Part shown: positions 27,114-35,409 of the stretch, in pieces
Layout of the letters: every line of letters begins with the position of its first letter
Numbering within the stretch: position 1 is the stretch's first letter
DNA from: a bacterium
GTDB lineage: Bacteria; Desulfobacterota; DSWW01
Length of the DNA stretch: 35,409 bases
Direction: 5' to 3'
Assembly: GCA_040756235.1 (NCBI GenBank)
Contig: JBFLZG010000149.1
Span: 1-35,409, forward strand
Position numbers and translations under genes: made by a program
The notes under the pieces: generated by a model
Database searches by the model: none
Told to the model about the DNA's origin: nothing
The model's input: only the letters and a program-made list of their open reading frames with translations

Positions 27114-28217
27114 TTAAAGCCTTTCGCGCACCAGCTCCGAAAGCCGCTTCAAAGTCTCCATGGCGGCCTCCGCCTCCGGCTCTTTCAAGGTCCCCAGCCC
27201 GCAGCTGGTGGTGATCACGAGGTTCCGTCTCAGCAGGGCCTCGGGGACGCCCTTTGCGGCGAGGGCGCGGATGCCCTGCTCGAGAAGCGCAAGGAGCTCC
27301 TCAGCCGCATGCCCCTGATAGCGGCTCTCGCTGGGAACCATGCCCCAGGCGAGAAGGCCGCCGCCGCCGAGGAATCGGGCCACCGAGTCTGCATAGAGCC
27401 CGAGCGATTCCCGGTAGAGGAACGCATCGAAATTGATGATCTCCACCCCGGCTTCGATCAGCAGGCTCCAGTCCGTGTTGCCGCAACAGTGACTGCCCAC
27501 CAGGGCACCCGCGGCGCGCAAGGCGCTGAAGATTTCCCGTAGATGGGCCACGGCCTGCTCGCGCGAAAGACTGATGAGCGCGGCCGATCCGAAGGACGCC
27601 AGGATCGGCTCGTCCACGAAGAGGATCGTCTTTTCCGCCAGAGGACGGAGCCGCTCGAGCTGCCAGCGGCCCTTCATGAGGATCGACTTCCGTACGACGT
27701 CCGAAAGAGTGGGGTCGTACAGGGCCGGCAGCCCTTGCTCGTCCAGGAGGGACAGGCCGAACGTCAGGGGACCGGTGACCTGCCCCTTCACGAATGGAGG
27801 CTTGTCGTCGGCCCGGCCGGACAACCTCTCCACAAAGGCATGAAAGCCTCGCGCGTACCCGGGCGACAGGGCGAAGGCGCTGAGGTCGCCGCTCTGCTCG
27901 GCGCCCAGTTGCGCCTCGTAGAAGGACGTGACCTCCTCCAGATGCTGCTCGGGTCGGACCAGAAAGATGCGCCTTCCTTCCCGGTCGATCCGCACGCAGG
28001 GAACGCCTTCGGCGAACTGGGCGATCATCGTCTCCTGGAAGCCGCGGGAGGGCAACTGTGGCCAGCAGGGCGCCTCCGGGCAGGCCTGCAGCATGATTTC
28101 CAGCGCCCGGTCCGGGTCCTGGTGAGGGAGGGTGCCGATGGCCAGAGCGATTCCCGGGGGAACGGAAGCCTCAGCGTCCGCAAAATCCGGCTCGGGTCGT
28201 GAGGCGGGGTGTCGCAT
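27114..28217 (-). CDS. Single-barrel cobalamin-independent methionine synthase-like protein (core MetE, MesB-like)
   Basis: IGTLPH, PCWPQLP, KGQVTGPLTFG, FVDEP, Zn ligands SHCCG and TSCGLG, AWGMVP; lacks the N-terminal MetE barrel. Confidence 0.8.
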   Translation of the reverse strand: MRHPASRPEPDFADAEASVPPGIALAIGTLPHQDPDRALEIMLQACPEAPCWPQLPSRGFQETMIAQFAEGVPCVRIDREGRRIFLVRPEQHLEEVTSFYEAQLGAEQSGDLSAFALSPGYARGFHAFVERLSGRADDKPPFVKGQVTGPLTFGLSLLDEQGLPALYDPTLSDVVRKSILMKGRWQLERLRPLAEKTILFVDEPILASFGSAALISLSREQAVAHLREIFSALRAAGALVGSHCCGNTDWSLLIEAGVEIINFDAFLYRESLGLYADSVARFLGGGGLLAWGMVPSESRYQGHAAEELLALLEQGIRALAAKGVPEALLRRNLVITTSCGLGTLKEPEAEAAMETLKRLSELVRERL

Positions 28218-28322
28218 GAGGGCGTCTCCTCTCGGATCTTTTCGTCTTGGCGTGCGCGGATCCGGCAGTCGGGGGAAGATCGGAAGCTCTCGAGAGAGGC
28301 GGCGCCCGGGACAGGGCGGGCT

Positions 28323-30560
28323 TCATTCGCCCTCAGGAGGAAACAGGCCCTCTTCCTCCTCGTCCTCCATCTCGGCTTCTTCTGCGTAGAAGTCCCGGAG
28401 CGTTCTCGACAGGTGCCAGAGCCGTTCGTCGATGAGGTGGTTAAGGGTATCCGGCGGGTAGGCTCCGTCCGGCCCCCGCTGCCCGGAGGGCAGCCCGGAC
28501 AGGATTTCCATGGCTTCGTCCACGGTGTTGACCGCATAGAGATGGAATTTTTCCTGCTCGGCCGCCTCGACCAGCTCACGCGGCAGCATGAGGTCCTGCA
28601 CGTTGGAACGGGGAATCATGACCCCCTGGCCGCCCGTCAGCCCCCGGCGCCGGCAGAGCTCGAAAAATCCGGCGATCTTCTCGTTGACGCCGCCCACCGG
28701 CAGGACCTCTCCCTTCTGGCTGATGGCCCCGGTCACCGCGATCCCCTGCCGGAGCGGCACGCCGGCCAGGCTGGAGAGGAGCCCGCAGATCTCCCCCAGA
28801 GAGGCGCTGTCGCCGTCGATGTCCGTGTAACACTGCTCCAGGCAGAGGCTTGCGCTCAGGTTGAGCGGCTTGTCCTGCGCGTAGCGGTCCCGCAGGAAGC
28901 CGCAGAGGATCAGAACGCCCTTGTCGTGGATCTTTCCGCTCAGGTTGGCCTCGCGCTCGATATTGATCACGCCGGAGCGGCCGAGCGCCGTCTGTACGGT
29001 GATCCGGCAGGGCTTCCCGAACATGTAGTCTTCCGTATCGTACAGGGTGATGCCGTTGACCTGTCCCGTGACCGATCCGTCCGTCTGGATGAGGATGGAC
29101 CCGTCGTCGATGTACTCCTGGATCTGCTCCTCCGGCAGATTCCTCCGGTACCGGCTTTCCCTGAGGCACTTCTCCACGTGGCGGTCCATGACCAGGTCAG
29201 ACGCTTCCTGCTGGGCCCAGTAGGCGGCTTCCCGGACGAGATCGGCCAATCCTTCCCACTGTGCCGAAAGCTTGTTCTGCCTCCCGGTCAGCTCCGCACC
29301 CGCTTCCAGGAACACGGCTGCTCCGGTGCGGTGGAAGTGGGGCAACCCCTCCTTTTCGCAGCAGTGCCGCAGGAAGCCGAGATAGGCGCGCAGATGCTCC
29401 TCGGTGCGGCTGATGTGGCTGTCCATGTCGGCGCGGAACTTGAAGATTTTCGTGAATTGCGGGTCCTTGTCGCAGAAATCCTGAAACAGGACCTCGTCCC
29501 CCCAGGCGATCACTTTCACCTGGATCGGAATCGGGTCGGCCCTGAGCAGGAACCCGTCGTTGCCCATGACTTGTTCCGAAACCGGCAATTCCAGCAGATT
29601 GTACTCGAGGCATCGTTTCAGATGCTTCCAGACACCCGGCTCACGGGCGACTTCCTCGAAGTCGAGGATCAGGAAACCGCCGTTCGCCCGGAGCAGGGAG
29701 CCCGGTTGAAAGCGGACCGGCGCCCAGCGCGGCGAGCGGCCCGAGTCCATCGGCCGCACGCAGTATCCGAAGAGGTTCCAGAAAGTAGGATTGGGTTCGA
29801 AGACGATCGGAACCTCCTTGCCCGCGGATTCCAGCAGGAGCTGGGGACGATAGATGGAGCAGAGATCGGGCTCCTCCTCGAAGGCTCCGTCTCCCGGGCA
29901 CGCGTGTGCAGCCGGTTCCGGCCGGAGCCTCACCTGCAGCATGCGCTCCAGGTCCCGTTGCAGCGATTTCAGAAAAGCGTCCAGGTACTGGAGGGTCTCC
30001 TTCTCCCCATACTCCAGGCGCAGTGCCTTGGCCCGGTCTTCCAGCCACAGGTCGAGCGATTGCCGGCACCTCCTGTAGAGGCCGTCACCCTCCGGGTCGG
30101 CTTCCTGCTCGGCCGCAGAGCGCGGCAAGGCGAGGTCCTGGGTGAGCTCCATGCCCGCCCTGACCGTTTCCTCGACCGCCTCCTGAAAGGCTCTGCCTTT
30201 CCCTGGGGGCAGCAGGATCCAGATCGGGCGCCAGGGTTCCTCGAAGGAGATCGTCGAAAGGTAGTCGCCCGGAATTCCGTTGGGTCTCGCGCTCCGGCTC
30301 AGGACGGCCTCGATAAGTCCCTTGCGATCGGTGCCGGAAGGGCCGCAGACGAAGACGTGACCCGAGTTCTTCATCCGGATGCCGATCGTCAAGGCCCGGG
30401 CCGCCCTGGGCTGACAGAAATCCACGGCAGCCGGCTCCAGCTCCTGGGTGGACTCGAAAGGCAGTGTGGCCGGATCGATCTTCCAGCGAAGCTGACCGGG
30501 GCTCAGCCGGCACGCCGCTGAAAGAGGCGTTCCGTTATTCGAGAAAAGCTCTGCTTCCAT
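28323..30560 (-). CDS. Lon-family (LonC / AAA_32 + Lon_C) protease
   Basis: EPNPTFWNLFG, PGSLLRANGGFLIL, GQVNG, catalytic Ser in DGDSAS and Lys in GGVNEKI; Walker A degenerate (GPSGTDRK). Alternative start at 30608. Confidence 0.88.
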   Translation of the reverse strand: MEAELFSNNGTPLSAACRLSPGQLRWKIDPATLPFESTQELEPAAVDFCQPRAARALTIGIRMKNSGHVFVCGPSGTDRKGLIEAVLSRSARPNGIPGDYLSTISFEEPWRPIWILLPPGKGRAFQEAVEETVRAGMELTQDLALPRSAAEQEADPEGDGLYRRCRQSLDLWLEDRAKALRLEYGEKETLQYLDAFLKSLQRDLERMLQVRLRPEPAAHACPGDGAFEEEPDLCSIYRPQLLLESAGKEVPIVFEPNPTFWNLFGYCVRPMDSGRSPRWAPVRFQPGSLLRANGGFLILDFEEVAREPGVWKHLKRCLEYNLLELPVSEQVMGNDGFLLRADPIPIQVKVIAWGDEVLFQDFCDKDPQFTKIFKFRADMDSHISRTEEHLRAYLGFLRHCCEKEGLPHFHRTGAAVFLEAGAELTGRQNKLSAQWEGLADLVREAAYWAQQEASDLVMDRHVEKCLRESRYRRNLPEEQIQEYIDDGSILIQTDGSVTGQVNGITLYDTEDYMFGKPCRITVQTALGRSGVINIEREANLSGKIHDKGVLILCGFLRDRYAQDKPLNLSASLCLEQCYTDIDGDSASLGEICGLLSSLAGVPLRQGIAVTGAISQKGEVLPVGGVNEKIAGFFELCRRRGLTGGQGVMIPRSNVQDLMLPRELVEAAEQEKFHLYAVNTVDEAMEILSGLPSGQRGPDGAYPPDTLNHLIDERLWHLSRTLRDFYAEEAEMEDEEEEGLFPPEGE

Positions 30561-30833
30561 GGGAGGTTTTCTTCTTGACGGAGAGGGGTTTCTATGGTTG
30601 CTGCTCAAAGAGGCTCACAGAGGCCCTGGTGGATCCAACAATCCAAGAGAATCTTACCACAGGGCTTCCGAAAAGACGACGATCGGCTAAATCCCTGATA
30701 GGGCATACATTTCAGCTCAAAGAGAGCGTCTCGACGGAGCGCCGGGCCGCAGCCGCCGGGCCTTCACGGCTCGGCACAGGGGAACCACCCTGTTCGATGC
30801 GCGGCCCGAGCGGTGCGACCCGCAGGCGGACCT

Positions 30834-31952
30834 CTAGCGACCGGCGCCGTACCGGGGCAAAGGAACAACCACTCTCTCCGGGCCCATGAAGAGCCGGAGC
30901 ACCTCCTCCCCTTCCATCCCCGCAGGCTTCAGATGGGCGCGGACGGACGTGGAAGCGAGCAGCTGCTTTCTTGCTTCTTCCACGAGGTCATCCGGGAGAG
31001 CCTGGTGGGTGGAAAGCTCGAGGCGGCCACCCCGGAGAAGGAATCGGCTGTACCGGCAAGGCCAGTAGACGACGGAGGGGCAGCTCACGTGGAGGATGTC
31101 GTCCTCGAGAAGGTGGGCGCAGAGGTGATGGTGACCGGTCACCACGAGGCAAACGGAAGGGAATCGCCGCAGGGTGGCCAGCACCTGGTGCGCGTTGCGG
31201 ACCACGAACCCTTTCCAGTCCCCCACCTCGTCCCAGGGCAGGTAGGGAACGAGACCGTGATGACTGATGAGGATCGTGGGTATTCCGCGATGGCTTTCGA
31301 GATCCTGTTCCAGCCACTGCAGCTGGCGCGCCGAGATCTCCCCTTCGTGCGACCCGGGCACGGTGCTGTCCAGCCCGACCAGATGCCAGCCCCTCCCCGG
31401 GTCGGCCGACCAGTATGCACGGCCATCTCGAGGACCGTGCCCCTCGAAGGCGGATGCAAACGAAAGCACATCGGCCGGCCCTCCGCCGCTCGAGCGCGCC
31501 GGAGCGTCATGGTTGCCAGGGACCACGAAATAGGGCACCCGGAGCCCGCCGAGGATCTGCTTCAGCTGCTCCAGGACGGGCGGAGTCGGGTTGGCCGTGA
31601 GGTCCCCGGTCAGCACGACGAAGTCGAGCGCCTCCTCCCGGTTGAGCGCGTCCACGATTCCCGGCAGCGCCTCATGGCTCGAGCTGCGCTTGCCGATGCC
31701 GCGGGTTCTTCCGCTGCGGGCGTCGTAGGCGAAATGGAGATCGCTCAGGTTCACGAAACAGACGGAATCGGTCTCGCCCTCGGCCCGGGCGACGGCGCGG
31801 CGGCTGCCGGATTCCGCGGCCTCAACCGGGGAAGGGAAGCGGGCATCGGAGAGCCCCTGCTCGCAGGATCCTTCCACCGGCCGCCAAGAGGAGGCGGCGA
31901 TCAGCAGAAGCACGAAAAGGCAATAAGACTTGGCACGAGTCATGAGGATCAT
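30834..31952 (-). CDS. Secreted calcineurin-like metallophosphoesterase (CpdA-like)
   Basis: Signal peptide; all five motifs SDLH, GDLT, GNHD, SHH, GHHH. Start at 31952 or 31943. Confidence 0.9.
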   Translation of the reverse strand: MILMTRAKSYCLFVLLLIAASSWRPVEGSCEQGLSDARFPSPVEAAESGSRRAVARAEGETDSVCFVNLSDLHFAYDARSGRTRGIGKRSSSHEALPGIVDALNREEALDFVVLTGDLTANPTPPVLEQLKQILGGLRVPYFVVPGNHDAPARSSGGGPADVLSFASAFEGHGPRDGRAYWSADPGRGWHLVGLDSTVPGSHEGEISARQLQWLEQDLESHRGIPTILISHHGLVPYLPWDEVGDWKGFVVRNAHQVLATLRRFPSVCLVVTGHHHLCAHLLEDDILHVSCPSVVYWPCRYSRFLLRGGRLELSTHQALPDDLVEEARKQLLASTSVRAHLKPAGMEGEEVLRLFMGPERVVVPLPRYGAGR

Positions 31953-32104
31953 TTCGGCGCTCGCCGGTGGAGAGCGGATGCCCGGGGCCGGAGCTCGAGC
32001 CCGATCGAAGGCATTCTAACCGCCGGGGAGGCGGTGTCAAAGGGAGTGTCAGCGCCCAGTTTTCAGCTCTCAGGCCTCCCCCGGCGCTACAAGCCGAGAC
32101 GAGA

Positions 32105-32211
32105 AGGCTGTGGCAGAAATCGCCGTCCCTCTCTTGCCGACAACCGGCGACTGACAACTGGCAACTCGCCAGGACGTGCGCAACGCCGCAGATGGGCGTT
32201 TATCGACAGCT
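32105..32211. mobile_element. Internally deleted remnant of the MITE-like repeat
   Basis: Left AGGCTGTGGCAGAAAT; right GCGCAACGCCGCAGATGGGCGTTTATCGACAGCT closely matches the right end of the 34692 copy. Confidence 0.6.
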
Positions 32212-32232
32212 CGCTCCCCAAAGGGAGTTGAA

Positions 32233-33279
32233 ATGATTCGTCCTTACTGTTATATGATGCAGATCATGCGAAAGCCTTCCGGAACAGTGCTGATCGGGCT
32301 CGTGGCGGTCCTCATCTCACTCGCCGGTCACGTCCGGCACGTCCGCGGCGATGTCTACGTGTACGCAAGGCAGGTGGCGCTGAGGTGGAACCCGGCATCG
32401 GGTTGCACGGACCGTTACGAGCTGTTCGTGTCCAAGAACGATCAGGCATACACCAGAGAGGCCGGATCCATCCGCCCGAACGGCGCTCGGCCCGTGTGCC
32501 ACACCCTTGAAGTGGCAGACGGCTCGTCCTATCAGGTGCGCGTGCGGGCCGTATGCGAACCGTATGGTCCCGGTCCTCTCTCGGATCCTTCGGAGCGGTT
32601 CATCGTAAGGCTCACCGCCTCAGGGGAACCGCCCGGGCAGACGGACCCGCCGCCCGGCGGGGACCCCGGGCCGGATGACGGAGGCGGTCTTCCCCCGGAT
32701 CCGGGTCCCCCCTGCACCGATCCGCCGTGCCCGGTGGCGAGGGCCGGTCGCGATTTCAGGGCGCCCCTCGCCGGCCCGGTCGTCCTGGACGGATCCGCAA
32801 GCTACGAGCCCGAGGGAGGCGCCCTGCTCCTGACCTGGAGACAGGTCGTGGGACCGGAGGTGCTTCTGGAAGGTGCCACCACGCCTTCCCCCCGATACGT
32901 CCCTCCGTCCGCGGGGACGTATGCATTCGAGTTGGTCGCCTCCAACGGCGCTGCGCGAAGCGAGCCGGACAGGGTCACGGTCCAGGTGGTCGAGTCCTTC
33001 TGTCCCGGCGACCTGTACCCGCCCGGGAGCCCCGACGGAATCCTGGACGCTGGTGACGGCCTGATGAGGTGGTTTTTTCTCCAGGGCATCCTGGTTCCTT
33101 CTCCCGAGGAGAATGTACACCTGGACTTGGGGCCTTTCACCATTGTGGACGGCAGCGCGGTCCCGGTGAGCATCCGGCTGCAGCCGGACGGGCGGCTCGA
33201 CGATGCGGACGAGCAGGCCTTCGAGGGACTTCAGACGGGCCGCTACGCAGTCGCTGCCTGGGAGCTCGCGGTCGACTGA
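32233..33279 (+). CDS. Secreted FN3 + Pro/Gly linker + PKD-like + dockerin/EF-hand-like surface protein
   Basis: Signal peptide; FN3 (LRWNP..YEL..YQVRVRA..GPLSDPS); PKD-like (PVARAGRD, VVLDGSASYEPEG, LTWRQVVGP, GTYAFEL); CPGD..PDGILDAGD and PDGRLDDAD loops. Start could be 32266. Confidence 0.78.
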   Translation: MIRPYCYMMQIMRKPSGTVLIGLVAVLISLAGHVRHVRGDVYVYARQVALRWNPASGCTDRYELFVSKNDQAYTREAGSIRPNGARPVCHTLEVADGSSYQVRVRAVCEPYGPGPLSDPSERFIVRLTASGEPPGQTDPPPGGDPGPDDGGGLPPDPGPPCTDPPCPVARAGRDFRAPLAGPVVLDGSASYEPEGGALLLTWRQVVGPEVLLEGATTPSPRYVPPSAGTYAFELVASNGAARSEPDRVTVQVVESFCPGDLYPPGSPDGILDAGDGLMRWFFLQGILVPSPEENVHLDLGPFTIVDGSAVPVSIRLQPDGRLDDADEQAFEGLQTGRYAVAAWELAVD

Positions 33280-33543
33280 GAGGACCGCCGGTGCGTCACC
33301 CGGACGGCGCTCCCCGGTCAAGGCCGGGTTGCGGCAGGTGTCGCGGACGATCGCCCGCCCGCTTCGAGTGCTCCTCACCACACGATCTTCACACTCTCCG
33401 TGACCGTCCGCGACGCCCGCGGAGCCGGGTCGGCAGCCGCCTGCGCGCTTTTCAGGCCGGCTCGGAACCGAGTTGAATCAGCACTCCTGTTGCGTTATTC
33501 TGCACTCGACCGATCCATCGACATCCTGTCAACGAACCGAGCC

Positions 33544-34068
33544 ATGCCGCTTTACTCCTTCGAAGATCTCACTCCGGCCGTGGCCGAGGACGCCTTCGTG
33601 CACCCGGAAGCGGTCCTCATCGGGGCGGTCACCATCGGCAGCCGATGCTTCGTCGGTGCCGGAGCCGTCCTGCGCGCCGATCTGGCGGAGATCCGCGTGG
33701 AAGACGGCTCGTGCGTGCAGGAGAACTGCGTGGTCCACGCCGCTCCGGGTCTGGGCGTTCTCATCCAGCAAGACGTGATCGTCGGCCACGGTGCGATTCT
33801 CCACGACGTCACGATTCGGCCGGGCGCGGTCGTGGGCATGGGGGCCGTCCTGCTCGAAGGAGTCGTCGTGGAGAAAGGGGCGATGGTGGCCGCCGGCTCC
33901 GTGGTGCCCAGCCGCTTCGTGATTCCGGCCGGCAAGATCGTCGGAGGCAATCCGGCCAAGGTGGTGAAGGACCTGCCGGAGAGCTACCGCGAGTTCTTCC
34001 GGGCAGGGCTGGCCCTGTACCAGGGGCTGCCGGAGCGTTACCGGAAAGGGCTGCGCCGGATCGGCTGA
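33544..34068 (+). CDS. Gamma-carbonic anhydrase / PaaY-CaiE family hexapeptide-repeat protein
   Basis: AFVHPEAVLIG, LRAD, QENCVVH, VGHGAILH (three Zn His), GNPAK. Confidence 0.9.
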   Translation: MPLYSFEDLTPAVAEDAFVHPEAVLIGAVTIGSRCFVGAGAVLRADLAEIRVEDGSCVQENCVVHAAPGLGVLIQQDVIVGHGAILHDVTIRPGAVVGMGAVLLEGVVVEKGAMVAAGSVVPSRFVIPAGKIVGGNPAKVVKDLPESYREFFRAGLALYQGLPERYRKGLRRIG

Positions 34069-34146
34069 CCGCCCGGATGCGGCTGAAACGTTGGCGTCCT
34101 GCGGCCCCGGATGAGAGGGTGCCGACAGCCTCATTAGGAGAGACGA

Positions 34147-34641
34147 ATGAAGGTATGCCCCGAATGTAAAGCGGAGTACGAGGACTGGGCGGAGGAGTGT
34201 TCCGACTGCCTCGTGCGGTTGATGTCCGAGTCCGAATACCGGGAGCGGAAGAAAGAGGAGGAGGAAGAAGAGCGGGTGCGAAGGGACCTGTCCCAGGCGG
34301 ACTTCGTCTCCGTGAAGATTGCCGACAACGCGTTCGAGGCGGACCGCATCCGGGGCGTCCTCGAGGAAGCGGGCATCCCCGTACTGGTGCGCACCTTTCA
34401 CGACACCGCTTACGACGGGCTCTATGTGGCGCAGAAGGGCTGGGCCTACCTCGAGGTCCCGCGCAAGGAAAAGGAAAGAGCGCAAGGGATCGTCCAGGAG
34501 TTCTGCCGCGACTTTCCGGGCGGGCTCGACGAAGCGGTGGCGGGCTGCCCCGGGTGCGGCCGGGAGCTGGGGCCCGACTCCAAAGTCTGTCCGCACTGCC
34601 GGAGGCCCGTCGAGCAAGGGTCTCCTTCCGAAGAGACTTGA
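34147..34641 (+). CDS. Zinc-ribbon + DUF2007-like protein
   Basis: RBS AGGAG; CPEC..CSDC; FEADRIRGVLEEAGIP (DUF2007-like); CPGC..CPHC. Confidence 0.8.
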   Translation: MKVCPECKAEYEDWAEECSDCLVRLMSESEYRERKKEEEEEERVRRDLSQADFVSVKIADNAFEADRIRGVLEEAGIPVLVRTFHDTAYDGLYVAQKGWAYLEVPRKEKERAQGIVQEFCRDFPGGLDEAVAGCPGCGRELGPDSKVCPHCRRPVEQGSPSEET

Positions 34642-34691
34642 ATCTGGCCGATCGACATTCTTGAAGAAGAGCCTTTCCCAAAGGCTCGATT

Positions 34692-34861
34692 TCAGAGGCT
34701 GTTCAAAAATGCCCGGATGCAAGGCAGGCGAAGTCCTGAGGAATGAGGCGTACATGGGAGTACGCCGCAATGACCCCGGCTTTCGCCGGGGCAGGCTGCC
34801 CCAGGACCTCCACGCCGCATGAGCGCAACGCCGCAGATGGGCGTTTTGGGACAGCCTCTGA
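34692..34861. mobile_element. MITE-like non-autonomous element, most complete copy
   Basis: Imperfect terminal inverted repeats TCAGAGGCTGTTCAAAAATGCCC / GGGCGTTTTGGGACAGCCTCTGA; no transposase; related copies at 5550, 32105 and 35315. Confidence 0.8.
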
Positions 34862-34874
34862 GGAGCCAATCGGC

Positions 34875-35288
34875 ATGCAGGAAGTCGAGGTGCCTGATCT
34901 GGGCAGGGCGAGCATCCTGACCTTGATGCTGAAGCAGATCCTTGACCGCAACCTGCAGGATCCCAGGAAGCGCGACCGGATGCGGAACAAGGTCCTGACC
35001 GTGCAGCTCCGGGTGAGACGGATGCTCACGACGCTGTTCTTCGAAGCCGACCGGGTGCGGGCCGAGGACGGCGCCCACGGCCGGCCGAACATCGAGATCT
35101 CCGGTGACATGTCCTCTCTGCTGAGGGTGGCTCTGGGAGCAAACCCGCTCCGGGACATCCTGAAGAGAAGGCTCGAGGTTCGGCTACGTGGATGGAGGGG
35201 CTGGTTCTTCGCGCTCCGGTTCCTGCCGCTGATGCAGGTCGGCCCGTCGCCCGAGACGGCGGGCCGCACGGAATCAGACGGCGGCTAG
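34875..35288 (+). CDS. SCP2 sterol/lipid-binding-like domain protein
   Basis: RBS GAGGAG; TTLFFEADRVRAEDG..PNIEISGDMSSLL....NPLRDILKRRLEVR fits the SCP2 pattern. Confidence 0.6.
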   Translation: MQEVEVPDLGRASILTLMLKQILDRNLQDPRKRDRMRNKVLTVQLRVRRMLTTLFFEADRVRAEDGAHGRPNIEISGDMSSLLRVALGANPLRDILKRRLEVRLRGWRGWFFALRFLPLMQVGPSPETAGRTESDGG

Positions 35289-35314
35289 GAGGCTGTCCAA
35301 GAATTCGGCTCCGG

Positions 35315-35409
35315 GAGGCTGTTCAGAAATGTCCAGATGCAAGGCGCGCGAAATCCTGAGGAATGAGGCGTACATGGGAGTACGCCGCAATGACGAAGGA
35401 TGAGCGCAA
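35315..35409. mobile_element. MITE-like element, short variant, cut by the window end
   Basis: GAGGCTGTTCAGAAATGTCCAGATGCAAGGC...TCCTGAGGAATGAGGCGTACATGGGAGTACGCCGCAATGAC; the core is identical to the 34692 copy. Confidence 0.8.

Noticed and set aside
822..30521. Long opposite-strand ORFs (e.g. 822-2570, 3780-5408, 17156-19204, 20889-23048, 28209-30521)
   Set aside because: They are antisense shadows of well-supported genes, expected from GC-rich codon bias, and contain no recognisable motifs.
34692..35409. CRISPR array suggested by repeated sequence near the window end
   Set aside because: The repeats are long, have terminal inverted repeats and are separated by a whole gene; there are no regular spacers and no cas genes.

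Overview
GC-rich bacterial chromosomal segment, most consistent with an anaerobic deltaproteobacterium (Desulfobacterota-like; inferred from gene content). From left to right it contains: an Fe-S-domain protein; three tandem secreted DUF1329 (LolA-like) paralogs; a small hypothetical gene; acnA divergent from a radical SAM gene; a hairpin-dense intergenic region with a near-consensus sigma54 promoter ahead of a secreted ConA/lyase-like protein; a three-gene VIT-vWA / ECF sigma / membrane anti-sigma module; an ADP-forming acyl-CoA synthetase; pyrF; pdxST; a short C4 zinc-ribbon gene plus a PTS IIA gene, divergent from a TPR-lytic transglycosylase and a FliA/WhiG sigma with no flagellar neighbours; a MesB-like core methionine synthase; a LonC-like protease; a secreted metallophosphoesterase; an FN3/PKD surface protein; a gamma-carbonic anhydrase-like gene; a zinc-ribbon/DUF2007 gene; and an SCP2-like gene. 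There are four copies of a non-autonomous MITE-like repeat (about 170 bp when complete) and two copies of a REP-like palindrome family. No rRNA, tRNA, CRISPR array, transposase or phage genes were seen. Best candidates for poorly described systems: (i) the probably autoregulated VIT-vWA-TonB-C-like / ECF / TPR-anti-sigma envelope-sensing module, (ii) the PTS IIA / mini zinc-ribbon / SLT / sigma28 cluster, and (iii) the DUF1329 triplet with relocated cysteines. All family assignments come from motif recognition by eye; no database searches were run.
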